A DNA stretch of 64,000 bases from Reclinomonas americana ATCC 50394 (Eukaryota). Each line of letters starts with the position of its first letter. Position 1 is the first letter of the stretch. The position numbers were made by a program, and so were the translations under genes. The stretch covers positions 806,001 to 870,000 of the forward strand of contig PS015009.1 of NCBI GenBank assembly GCA_048213135.1, written 5' to 3'. Below the pieces are notes generated by a model that searched no databases, was not told the origin of the DNA, and worked only from the letters and a program-made list of their open reading frames with translations. Shown here in pieces: positions 39,421 through 48,667 of this stretch.

Positions 39421-39679
39421 GTATTGGATCTGTTTGCTTTTTTACAGGATAGGGTAAAAAACTATAAACGCAAAGAAGTAAAATTAATTGTGCAATTCAA
39501 ATTTTTTTCAGCTTGAATTATACGCTTTCGGTCATGTATTTATACTACGTACTTTTACCATCCGTTCTTTAAACAGTATCATACAGCGTCACTATACTAT
39601 ATTATAAGCGCAGAACTTGTCCACCTGCACAATAATAAAATCACCGGGGGCGTTTTAGCACATCTGAACTATCCAATGT

Positions 39680-41719
39680 ATGAAAAAACGCTACCTGCTG
39701 TGGTGCCTTTGCGCACTGCTGTTTACTACTCACTATGCTCATGCGCAACTTACCGTTACTGCAACAGCCGTCAATTCAACGATATGCCTGGGCAATTCCA
39801 CTGTTATCTCAGCTTCGGCTACGCCTGTAAGTTATACGGTATCTGCCATTACCAATAACCCTATCCCTTCACCGGAAACCAATTTCCTGGTGCAGAGCGG
39901 CACGGCGGTAGTACCGCAATCTTATGGCATTAATATGGATGATGCGATCTGGGACAATATCTCTCTTCCTTTTGCATTCCGTTATTATGGTAATGTATAT
40001 AACGCGATACAGGTGAGCACCAACGGATGGATCGCTATGGCGGGCAGCAATACGGCTTCGGGCGGTTATGGTGTTACCATACCCAACGCGGCGGCGCCTA
40101 ATAACGTGATACATGCCATCAGTGCTGATCTTGATTTCAGGGGAGCAGCCAACCCGGCCACTATCGATTATTTTGTTGATGGCACGGCCCCCAACAGGAA
40201 ATTTGTAGTGTGCTACACCAGCATCAAGTTTCTTTCCCCTGCTACCGGCACCGCCGATGTACAGGTGATCCTTTATGAAGGCACGAATGTAATTGAGATA
40301 CATACCAGCGATTGCACCAATACTTCTGTTGGGAAAACACAGGGTATTGAGAACAGTGCCGGCACTGTTGCCAGTGTCGCTACCGGCAGGAACAATACTA
40401 CGACCTGGTCGGGTTTTACCAACGCGTACCGCTTTACACCCGACGTGATCAACTTTACCTGGTCACCCGCAACAGGTCTCAATACTACAACCGGCGCCAA
40501 TGTAGTCGCCTCACCCACCAGCACCACCACCTATACGGTGAACGCGGTGAACGCTTCCAACGGACAAACCGGTTCAAAGAATGTAACCATTACCATCAAT
40601 TCCGGATCGTATACGCTGGCCGCTACAGCCGGAGGACCACAGATCTGCCAGAACATCAATGTACAACCCGGCGGTTCTTATTACCGCGATGGTAACTGCA
40701 ACCTCATCGGCAGTATTACACCGGCAGGTGCCAGCCCCGTTAGTAACTCGGTGAACGTATGCGTGAAGCTGGCAACAGGGTCTACCAAAAGAGGTACGGC
40801 CGACCTGTATGGTCCGCGTCAATATGATATGGACCCGATCGTCAATCCAGCTACAGCAACAGCCAACATCACTTTATATTACCTGCAGAGCGAGTTCGAC
40901 AACTTCAACAGCAAAGCACTCGACAGCGGGCATAAACTTTTGCCTACCGGACCTGCCGATGCTACGGGCATCAGCAACCTGATGATACGCCAGTTCCATG
41001 GCACCGGTACCGATCCGAATAACTATCCCGGCAGCACGGTTGACTTTACTACTGCTACTTCAGGATGTACCGTTACCTGGAACGCCACCCGCAGCTGGTG
41101 GGAAGTGGTGGTGCCGGTAACCGGTTTTTCCGGCTTCTTCCTTACGAGTAAAAAAACAGGAACACTGGCGGTAAGTCTTGTTTATTTCAAAGGCGCACAG
41201 TCCGGTAAAAAACACCTGCTCAACTGGAAAGTGAACTGCACATCGGCCGAAGTTAAATTCGTGATCGAACGCAGCGGCGACGGACTGTATTACAACAGCA
41301 TCGGCAACATCACAGCCACGCAGGCCCGTTGCGATCAGCCTTTTGATTTTACGGATGACAATCCTTTAAGCGGCATTAATTATTACCGCATCCGCATGGT
41401 TGATATGGATGGCAAAGCATCAATAAGCAATATTGTTACCCTGGTTTTAAAAGACCGCCGTTTTACCCTGGCCGGTCTTTACCCCAACCTCATCAGCGGC
41501 AATAACCCGGTACTGAAAGTAGACGCGTCTGAAAATGGGCAATTATCCGTCAGCATTACAGATTTTTCAGGAAGACTGATGAGCAGGCAGCAGGTGAATG
41601 TACTGCCGGGCATGAACCAGTTCACTCTCGATTGCAGTAAACTCAGCGCAGGCGCTTACCTGGTTACCGTGGCGGCAGCTTCCGAGCAACCGCAAACACT
41701 GCGGCTGGTCAAACAATAA
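39680..41719 (+). CDS. T9SS type A sorting domain-containing secreted protein
   Basis: Signal peptide; LPFAFRYYG...VSTNGWI domain; WSPATGL Ig segment; CTD (LYPNL...LSAGAYLVTV...RLVKQ). Confidence 0.85.
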   Translation: MKKRYLLWCLCALLFTTHYAHAQLTVTATAVNSTICLGNSTVISASATPVSYTVSAITNNPIPSPETNFLVQSGTAVVPQSYGINMDDAIWDNISLPFAFRYYGNVYNAIQVSTNGWIAMAGSNTASGGYGVTIPNAAAPNNVIHAISADLDFRGAANPATIDYFVDGTAPNRKFVVCYTSIKFLSPATGTADVQVILYEGTNVIEIHTSDCTNTSVGKTQGIENSAGTVASVATGRNNTTTWSGFTNAYRFTPDVINFTWSPATGLNTTTGANVVASPTSTTTYTVNAVNASNGQTGSKNVTITINSGSYTLAATAGGPQICQNINVQPGGSYYRDGNCNLIGSITPAGASPVSNSVNVCVKLATGSTKRGTADLYGPRQYDMDPIVNPATATANITLYYLQSEFDNFNSKALDSGHKLLPTGPADATGISNLMIRQFHGTGTDPNNYPGSTVDFTTATSGCTVTWNATRSWWEVVVPVTGFSGFFLTSKKTGTLAVSLVYFKGAQSGKKHLLNWKVNCTSAEVKFVIERSGDGLYYNSIGNITATQARCDQPFDFTDDNPLSGINYYRIRMVDMDGKASISNIVTLVLKDRRFTLAGLYPNLISGNNPVLKVDASENGQLSVSITDFSGRLMSRQQVNVLPGMNQFTLDCSKLSAGAYLVTVAAASEQPQTLRLVKQ

Positions 41720-41736
41720 CACTAACCCTCCGTTAA

Positions 41737-41770
41737 TAAAAAGAGCAGCCCCCGGGTTGCTCTTTTATTT
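41737..41770 (+). terminator. Intrinsic terminator
   Basis: aaaagagcagccc-cc-gggttgctctttt followed by attt. Confidence 0.75.
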
Positions 41771-41818
41771 ATATCCCTGCAGCCCGGCCGGTACGCCACC
41801 GGCCCGGAAATAAAACCT

Positions 41819-41826
41819 TATTTTTG
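41819..41826 (+). promoter_or_regulatory. Bacteroidota -7 box (TATTTTTG) upstream of pdxA
   Basis: TAnnTTTG match 18 nt before the ATG. Confidence 0.5.
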
Positions 41827-41844
41827 CGTTTTAATACAGGATAT

Positions 41845-42945
41845 ATGACCACTGTTAACGAACATAAACCCGTAATAGGGTTCAGCTGCGGGGACATCAA
41901 CGGGATCGGTACGGAACTGATCATTAAAACACTGGGAGACAGCCGCATTCTCGACATCTGTACACCGGTGATATTCGCCAGCAATAAACTCATCAACTTT
42001 TACAGGAAAACGCTGCCGGATATCAACCTGAATTTTACGAGTATAAAAGAACTCAGCCGCATCAACCATAAACAACTCAACCTGTTCAGTTGCTGGGAAG
42101 AAGAAGTGAGCATTACGCCAGGCACATTGAATGATATCGGTGGAAAGTATGGCATACTCAGCCTGACCACGGCAACAGAAGCTTTAAAAGAAGGAAAGAT
42201 CGACGGCCTGGTAACAGCACCCATTCATAAGAATAATGTTCAGGGTGCCGGTTTTAATTTTACGGGCCACACACCTTACCTGAAGCATGTATTCGGGGCC
42301 AAAGAAGTGGCGATGTTCATGGTGGCGGAAAATATGCGGGTAGCGCTGCTGACTGAGCATGTACCTGTAAAAGAAGTGTCGGCATATATTACCCGCGACA
42401 GCATCATCAGTAAACTGCAGATCGTTAACCAGTCGCTGAAACGTGATTTCAATATCAGCAAACCCCGCATCGCGGTACTGGGGCTGAACCCGCATGCCGG
42501 CGATGATGGCCTGATCGGTAAAGAAGAAGAAGAAGTGATCAAACCGGCGATAAAGGATGCGAAACAAAAGAACATTTTCTGTTTTGGCCCCTACCCCGCC
42601 GATGCTTTCTTTGCCCGCGGACAACACGAAAAATTCGATGCCGTGCTGGCTATGTACCACGACCAGGGTCTTATCCCATTTAAGTCGATGGCCATTGGCG
42701 AAGGCGTTAATTTTACTGCCGGATTCAATGCGGTACGTACTTCACCCGATCATGGCGTGGCTTTCGATATCGCCGGAAAAGGGCAGGCAGATGAAGCTTC
42801 CTTTCGTTCGGCTGTTTTCAAATGTATCGACATCATTAATGCCCGCCTGGAACATGACGAGCAATACAGCAACCCGCTCAAGAAAATGAGTTCCCGCTTT
42901 GTGGCCAACGCGGTTGACGAAAAAATAACGGAAATTCCTGAATAA
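41845..42945 (+). CDS. pdxA: 4-hydroxythreonine-4-phosphate dehydrogenase PdxA
   Basis: GDINGIG.E, VTAPIHK, GHT.YL, GLNPHAGD, AMYHDQGLIPFK, RTSPDHG. Confidence 0.97.
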   Translation: MTTVNEHKPVIGFSCGDINGIGTELIIKTLGDSRILDICTPVIFASNKLINFYRKTLPDINLNFTSIKELSRINHKQLNLFSCWEEEVSITPGTLNDIGGKYGILSLTTATEALKEGKIDGLVTAPIHKNNVQGAGFNFTGHTPYLKHVFGAKEVAMFMVAENMRVALLTEHVPVKEVSAYITRDSIISKLQIVNQSLKRDFNISKPRIAVLGLNPHAGDDGLIGKEEEEVIKPAIKDAKQKNIFCFGPYPADAFFARGQHEKFDAVLAMYHDQGLIPFKSMAIGEGVNFTAGFNAVRTSPDHGVAFDIAGKGQADEASFRSAVFKCIDIINARLEHDEQYSNPLKKMSSRFVANAVDEKITEIPE

Positions 42946-42961
42946 AATAAACAGGCGAAAA

Positions 42962-43000
42962 AAAGAGGGAAGGAATACATATGTGTTCCTTCCCTCTTTC
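42962..43000. terminator. Long hairpin, bidirectional terminator between pdxA and dodecin
   Basis: aaagagggaaggaatacat / atgtgttccttccctcttt. Confidence 0.75.
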
Positions 43001-43016
43001 ATTTTTTAAAGTCTTC

Positions 43017-43220
43017 TTACTCGATCTCGAAGCTGATCTTCACATTCACCCGGTATTCGGTGATACTGCCCTTTTTATCTACCGTAGCGCTCATATTGTT
43101 CACGTTCACGCTCCTGATGTTGCGCAGGGATTTGGCCGCGTGTTTGGTTGCATTCTGGGTCGCGTCTTCCCAGCTTTTTTTCGAGTTCGCGAGGATCTCG
43201 ATCACTTTGATAACTGCCAT
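43017..43220 (-). CDS. Dodecin family protein
   Basis: KVIEILANSKKSWEDA...ITEYRVNVKISF, 67 aa. Confidence 0.9.
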   Translation of the reverse strand: MAVIKVIEILANSKKSWEDATQNATKHAAKSLRNIRSVNVNNMSATVDKKGSITEYRVNVKISFEIE

Positions 43221-43471
43221 AATTTTACTTTTAGATGTTAGAAATTCGTTTCAGCAAGTAAATGGCTTAGGAGGAGGTCAGGTCTTTCTTACGTTTACGT
43301 TGGAAAAAGTACGGAATTTCTGTTAAGAAGTGCAAATATTATTGAAAAGGTAGTGGCAAGTTTGAAAACAGACAAGCCCTCCTGCCAGGCCACTAAGGGG
43401 TAACAGGCTGAATATATACTTACTGGCGTTCTTCGTGTTTTTGTGGGAAATATATTCGAATAGAGACACTA

Positions 43472-44170
43472 TCATTGAAAAGCCGAAGCAGGCACACCTT
43501 TATTGATAACATAGGAACGTATACTGATCTCAGCTTTCCCTTTCCTGTTCTTCACCTTTTCTTCCGGCTGCTGTTTGTCTGTTCCCCCGTCAAAATCGAA
43601 GGTTACACCTTTGGGCAGTTTATAATCCTTGGTATTGAAAGAGAAGATGATCTTGTCGGGCAGGCCATAGCTGGTGTATTTGCCGTAACTCATTTCCAGT
43701 TCATAGCTCCCGTTGTCGCGTGTGGTGGTTTTTGTTTTCAGTATCACCAGGTTCGCTTCATCTATATATAATGTGGACAGTACCACATCAGCATTGTCGT
43801 CTTCAGGCAGCAGTTTCACCACCTTCACCGGTTTACCATTCACCTTATCGTTTCCCGCTTCCAGCAGGGTGTACTTACCACCCGAGAGCAGGTTGCTAAG
43901 GTTGATACTTACCGCCCCTTTCGGTACAAAAGAAATGCCTTTCTCATTTTTTATCTTCAGCTGGTTGGGTTTCCTGAAATATATTTTCACCGACGACACC
44001 GGTACTTTCAGAAAGGTAACATTGGTCTTCATAACACCGCTGGCTTCATAGTCGTTCACCTGGTCGAGCCGGGTTTTTACTTCCTGTACCAGTTTGCTGA
44101 TGTCCTGCGCCTGCAGCCGGCCGCACAGTATCGCCAGCAATAACCCACTTAATAAAAATAATCTCTTCAT
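43472..44170 (-). CDS. LolA-like exported protein
   Basis: Signal peptide; KIYFRKPNQLKI, VVKLLP...TLYID, ending ..SAF typical of the LolA fold. Confidence 0.65.
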   Translation of the reverse strand: MKRLFLLSGLLLAILCGRLQAQDISKLVQEVKTRLDQVNDYEASGVMKTNVTFLKVPVSSVKIYFRKPNQLKIKNEKGISFVPKGAVSINLSNLLSGGKYTLLEAGNDKVNGKPVKVVKLLPEDDNADVVLSTLYIDEANLVILKTKTTTRDNGSYELEMSYGKYTSYGLPDKIIFSFNTKDYKLPKGVTFDFDGGTDKQQPEEKVKNRKGKAEISIRSYVINKGVPASAFQ

Positions 44171-44173
44171 GAT

Positions 44174-45055
44174 CTATGATAATATGTCCTTTCTCCGGAA
44201 TACCCACACCGAAGCGGAAACAAAAATGATGATATAAGTGACCAGCACCCCCATACTTTTCCAAATGGCGGGCAGGTTTTGCAAAGAACCGCGTACCGTT
44301 TGCCCGTCCTGGTCCACACCTATATAGAAAAACCCTTTCCAGCCCAGCATATACGTGGTGAACAGGTAAGGTTTCAGGTATTTGTTGTAAAGGGGTATCT
44401 GCATTTCACTGATGAGCGTGCAAACGATGATGATGCAAACCGTGGCTACGATAGGACCAATGGAGTTTTCCGATAAGGTGGACAGGAACAGGGCGAGCGA
44501 TGCCACCAGTATCAGTGCCAGCGCGGCAAACCCGAACGCGGCGAAATAACGCCACAGCACATCGGCTTTTTCTATCTGGTGCAGTTCCATCGATTTGGCC
44601 ACCACCACATCATCGGCGCCGAAGATGAGTACACTCAGCAATAAAGCGATCAGCGCCATCCAAAGCAGCAACGCGATCACATACACCACGCTGGCCATAA
44701 ATTTGGCCAGTATCAATTGTGTACGGCTGATGGGTTTGGATACCAGCAAACGCAGCGTTCCCATATTCGCTTCGCCCGAAACAATATCCCCGGCCACCAG
44801 CGCCACCAGTATGGGTACGTGTATGAGCAACAGGTTGAGTATGGCGAAACAGATCCAGTAGCCGTTGTTGATCTTTTCGTAAGGTATTTCAAAGGAATCG
44901 TCGAGGAAGCCGAGTACGAACTGCAGGTATTGTTTGCCATTAACCAGCAGCGCCAGTTGTATCAGCAAAATAAAAGCGCCGATAGCGCCGAACGCGATAT
45001 AGGTTCGTGGCTTCCTGAATATTTTGAACAACTCAATTCGTAAAAGACTCCACAT
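44174..45055 (-). CDS. ABC-2 type transporter permease
   Basis: Multiple TMs; GDIVSGEANMGTLRLLVSKPISRTQLILAKF; ends FRRKDILS; start MWSLL at 45055. Confidence 0.9.
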   Translation of the reverse strand: MWSLLRIELFKIFRKPRTYIAFGAIGAFILLIQLALLVNGKQYLQFVLGFLDDSFEIPYEKINNGYWICFAILNLLLIHVPILVALVAGDIVSGEANMGTLRLLVSKPISRTQLILAKFMASVVYVIALLLWMALIALLLSVLIFGADDVVVAKSMELHQIEKADVLWRYFAAFGFAALALILVASLALFLSTLSENSIGPIVATVCIIIVCTLISEMQIPLYNKYLKPYLFTTYMLGWKGFFYIGVDQDGQTVRGSLQNLPAIWKSMGVLVTYIIIFVSASVWVFRRKDILS

Positions 45056-45965
45056 GGCCGGGTTGGGTTGTGAGTGATAAAAAATAATCTTCCAGTGAAT
45101 GCGTGCTGTCAACCGAAAGCAGGGCAATGTCTTCCTTTACTAAAAAGGCGACCAGTTCAGGCACTTCGGCCTTATTCATCTTTAAACGGATATCGCTGCC
45201 GCGGCTTTCTATAGCGCCTGACCAGGATGAACGTTGTAAGGCTGCCGCGGCCGCGGCATTGTCCCGAGCCTGTATGCGGATCAGCGAGCGGGCGGGGTCG
45301 AGCAGTTCGGCCACTTCACCTTCAATCACTTTTTTGCCTTTATGGATAATGAGCATGCGGTTGGCGATCAGTTCGATCTCGCTCAGCAGGTGGGAAGATA
45401 CCAGTATGGTCTTCCCCATTTCCCGGCTCAGTCGCAGGATGAGGTTGCGCATATCGGCGATACCCTGCGGATCGAGACCATTGGTGGGTTCATCCAGCAG
45501 GATAAGCCGCGGATCATGCACCAGGGCAACGGCAATACCTAAACGCTGTTTCATGCCCTGGCTGAATGTTTTCACTTTACTCTGCGCCCGCTGATCGAGG
45601 CCTACCATTTGAAGCCGGTCCATCAAAAACTTCCGGGATGGTTGTACGCCGCTCATCCTGGCGAAAATGGCCAGGTTATCGTAGGCGGAGAGGTATTTAT
45701 ACAGGTCGGGTTTTTCGATCACCGCGCCGGTCATCGACAGTATCTCACTCCTGTGTGTGCTGAGGCTCTTATCAAAAATATGGATGTCACCCCCGGTAGG
45801 GCGGATCAGCGTGAGCAGCATGCGTATGGTGGTGGATTTACCTGCGCCGTTCTGTCCCAGGAAACCATAAATATCCCCGGCATTTACAGAAAAGGAAAGC
45901 CCGTCTACCGCATGAATGTCGTTGAATTGTTTAGAGAGGTTATCAACCCTGATGATCGATGACAT
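45033..45965 (-). CDS. ABC transporter ATP-binding protein
   Basis: GQNGAGKST, FSQGMKQRL, LILLDEPTNGLD, SSHLL. Confidence 0.95.
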   Translation of the reverse strand: MSSIIRVDNLSKQFNDIHAVDGLSFSVNAGDIYGFLGQNGAGKSTTIRMLLTLIRPTGGDIHIFDKSLSTHRSEILSMTGAVIEKPDLYKYLSAYDNLAIFARMSGVQPSRKFLMDRLQMVGLDQRAQSKVKTFSQGMKQRLGIAVALVHDPRLILLDEPTNGLDPQGIADMRNLILRLSREMGKTILVSSHLLSEIELIANRMLIIHKGKKVIEGEVAELLDPARSLIRIQARDNAAAAAALQRSSWSGAIESRGSDIRLKMNKAEVPELVAFLVKEDIALLSVDSTHSLEDYFLSLTTQPGHVESFTN

Positions 45966-46028
45966 GTAAGAAGATATAGGCAAAGGTATGACCTGCGGGT
46001 TACATATCAGGACTAAAAAAAGGAAAAC

Positions 46029-46328
46029 TCAGGTGTTACCGCCCGGATTCATATAAGTTTGCAGGGCTTTAACATATGCTTCAAAAGCCTCTACGCCTTT
46101 GCGGGTGATCTTGCAGGTGGTTTGGGGGTAATTGTTGTGAAACTGCTTGGTTACATCTATATAACCCGCCTCTTTCAGTTTGTTCAGCTGAACGCTCAGG
46201 TTGCCCGCTGTGGCATTGGTCTTTTCTTTCAGGAATGTGAATTCCGCTTCCTTAACGCTGATAAGGATGCTGACCACGGCCAGGCGCAGCTGCGAATGCA
46301 ATATGGGATCCAGTTCTTTAAACTCCAT
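46029..46328 (-). CDS. Winged-helix transcriptional regulator (HTH_34/MarR-like)
   Basis: LDPILHSQLRLAV...EFTFLKE...TAGNLSVQL.KL..AGY. Confidence 0.9.
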   Translation of the reverse strand: MEFKELDPILHSQLRLAVVSILISVKEAEFTFLKEKTNATAGNLSVQLNKLKEAGYIDVTKQFHNNYPQTTCKITRKGVEAFEAYVKALQTYMNPGGNT

Positions 46329-46337
46329 TGAATTGAT

Positions 46338-46934
46338 TTATGATCCTTCCTTACCGCTTTTAGCCCGGTACAGCAGCATAAGCCCGGGTATGATATAACC
46401 GATCAGTACAGCTGCGGCCGATATCAGCATATCGTATTTAAAATCTTTATTGATGAATATGGCGATGGCCCCGATCCAGTTCACAATCGCACCGATCTTG
46501 AGCGGTGTAAAACGCAGTATACCGCCCTGCGTCATCATGAGGAAAGCATACAGCATGTGCAGGTAGCCAAAGCCTTCATTCGGACTTACCGCGATATTAA
46601 TGGAAAGAATCACGGTGAACATACAGATGATAAAACCCAGGTCGATCAGGCGGAGGAGGTCGTCCACGTAGGTCTTCACCGCTTTTTTCTTCGGTCGCAG
46701 GAGCTGGAAACTGAGCAGGATCACGGTGGCAAAACCGAAAATATTCCAGCCCATGAAAATATCCTTATAACCATAGATGATGAGGAAGTAGGTGCTCAGT
46801 GAAGCCAGGAAGATCATCGTTCCCCATAACAGCCAGTTCACCCCATTATCGGTGACTTTCTGTTTGGCGGCGTCTATCATTTGCCGGATCAGGTCCAGGC
46901 TTTTTTCATTGGTCAGTTGTTCTTCTGTAGGCAT
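46338..46934 (-). CDS. Multi-pass membrane protein
   Basis: KSLDLIRQMI..AK...DNG..WLLWG, about 6 TMs; paralogue of the next gene. Confidence 0.8.
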   Translation of the reverse strand: MPTEEQLTNEKSLDLIRQMIDAAKQKVTDNGVNWLLWGTMIFLASLSTYFLIIYGYKDIFMGWNIFGFATVILLSFQLLRPKKKAVKTYVDDLLRLIDLGFIICMFTVILSINIAVSPNEGFGYLHMLYAFLMMTQGGILRFTPLKIGAIVNWIGAIAIFINKDFKYDMLISAAAVLIGYIIPGLMLLYRAKSGKEGS

Positions 46935-46935
46935 A

Positions 46936-47520
46936 TCACTGTTGGTTTTGATAGCGTTTGCGTAATAAATGGCCCGGTATGATCCACGCTGCGATCACCG
47001 CGGCGCAAAGCAGGAGGTACTGGTACGCTGTTCCTGTAAACGGGGCGGCAAATGCCAGCACCCAGCAACAGGCCCCGCCGATCATCAGTGGCCTGAATTT
47101 GATAATAGCACCGGAAAGCACCGTGGGTATACCATACAGTACCAGTATCACCGGGTTAATGGCCACCTGCGCTTTGTAAGCACTCAGTATAAAAAGCAGG
47201 AGGAACAACGCTACGGCAAAACATATCCATACCACGCCAATGATGCTGTCGGTATAGGTCCTCACCTTTTCCTCCTTTTTTCTTTTCGCGATAAAATAGA
47301 TCTGGTAAGCCACTACAACCCAGGTAACAAACCAAACGTAGTACGACTTGTCGCTTTTAAAAAAATATTGCATAATGAACTGTACCCCGCAGCACAACAG
47401 GATGGTATAACCCCACAGCAGGTAGAGTGTGCCATTTTCGTTGAACTGGTTCTTGGCCTTGTTGATCATCGATTCGATCAGTTGCAGGCTGTCGTTCCGG
47501 GAAAGGTTATCGTTTGTCAT
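46936..47520 (-). CDS. Multi-pass membrane protein
   Basis: DSLQLIESMINKAK...ENG..YLLWG, about 6 TMs, WIIPG end. Confidence 0.8.
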   Translation of the reverse strand: MTNDNLSRNDSLQLIESMINKAKNQFNENGTLYLLWGYTILLCCGVQFIMQYFFKSDKSYYVWFVTWVVVAYQIYFIAKRKKEEKVRTYTDSIIGVVWICFAVALFLLLFILSAYKAQVAINPVILVLYGIPTVLSGAIIKFRPLMIGGACCWVLAFAAPFTGTAYQYLLLCAAVIAAWIIPGHLLRKRYQNQQ

Positions 47521-47537
47521 GCAGCAATGAGTTATGT

Positions 47538-48179
47538 TTATTTACAATCCTTCATCAGGTCTTCCACCCTGGCTTTGCCCCAGTTGGGATGCAGTTCGCT
47601 GGCGGGTTTAAAGGCGGCAAATTTATCGAGTGCTGTCTGCAGTTCAGGTTTGGCCGTTGAGCAGCCACCGCCGAATTCCGCGGGTGTGAATTTAAGGTTC
47701 TGACCTTTCAGTAAGTATGGACGCGGATTGGAAGGATCCTGTTTGATGGCGGCATCCATGTGGTCGGCGCTTTCCTGCCCGTACTCCATATACCGCTGCA
47801 TGGGGTTCACCATCAGGTGGCAGGTGGCGATCATGCTTTTGATACAGGATATTTCCGAATTGTTGGGGTTAAGCGCATCCGCTTTGCTGATGAGTTCACC
47901 GGCTTTATTGGCAATGGCGTCTACCTTCGTTTTGTCCTGTTCAAAAAATCCATAGTTCACCTGGCAATAGGCGGCGTAATAATAAGGGAGCCACTGGTTT
48001 TTCTCCGCCGAAGCAATACGTTCAAAATTATTGGCCATGGCCAGCAGGTTGGCGGGATTTTTAAAACTGGTATCCAGTGCAGACAGGTTGGCTTTCATGG
48101 CTGCTGTATACTTTTCACTTTGCGCAAAACCGCTCATACCCAGTACCGCGGCAAGGCAGAATAAAATAATCCTTTTCAT
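47538..48179 (-). CDS. Exported helical (TPR-like) protein
   Basis: Signal peptide; FERIA..EK.QWLPYYYAA; DPSNPRPYLL; P.WG. Confidence 0.75.
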   Translation of the reverse strand: MKRIILFCLAAVLGMSGFAQSEKYTAAMKANLSALDTSFKNPANLLAMANNFERIASAEKNQWLPYYYAAYCQVNYGFFEQDKTKVDAIANKAGELISKADALNPNNSEISCIKSMIATCHLMVNPMQRYMEYGQESADHMDAAIKQDPSNPRPYLLKGQNLKFTPAEFGGGCSTAKPELQTALDKFAAFKPASELHPNWGKARVEDLMKDCK

Positions 48180-48199
48180 AACTGTCGGTTTAATGATGT

Positions 48200-48496
48200 T
48201 TATTGTTTGTTCTTTAATTTTTCATACTCCTTTTCTATGGAATTGGCTTTTGGGAAAATATAGGCGCCCGCGAAATGAAAGGCGAGACCAATTCCCCAGC
48301 CCAGCGTTGGCCATACGGGCCAGGGCAGTTCATCCCAGGAATTGTTATGATACCTCCCTGTAAAATACCAGAGCACCCACAGGAACGTGTTAACGATCAG
48401 GTAAGTTACGAGGTGGGATTTAAAGCTTGTTCTTTTTTGTGCGATCTCCCAGAGAAGGGGATCTTTTCCTTCGGGAGCAGGTTTGTAGTTTGACAT
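48200..48496 (-). CDS. 2TM domain-containing protein
   Basis: FKSHLVTYLIVN...WPVWPTLGWGIGLAFH. Confidence 0.85.
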   Translation of the reverse strand: MSNYKPAPEGKDPLLWEIAQKRTSFKSHLVTYLIVNTFLWVLWYFTGRYHNNSWDELPWPVWPTLGWGIGLAFHFAGAYIFPKANSIEKEYEKLKNKQ

Positions 48497-48667
48497 GGCT
48501 TGTCGGTTTTGATGTTGGTTAAAAATTTAAATGGCTATACTTTAGAAATTACGAATTATTAATTACGAATTACGAATGGTTTCAATTCAGCGTGGGTTTT
48601 CATCATCATTATATTTCAATCATCATATTTTCAAATTCGCACAACCGCACATTCACTCATTCGCACA

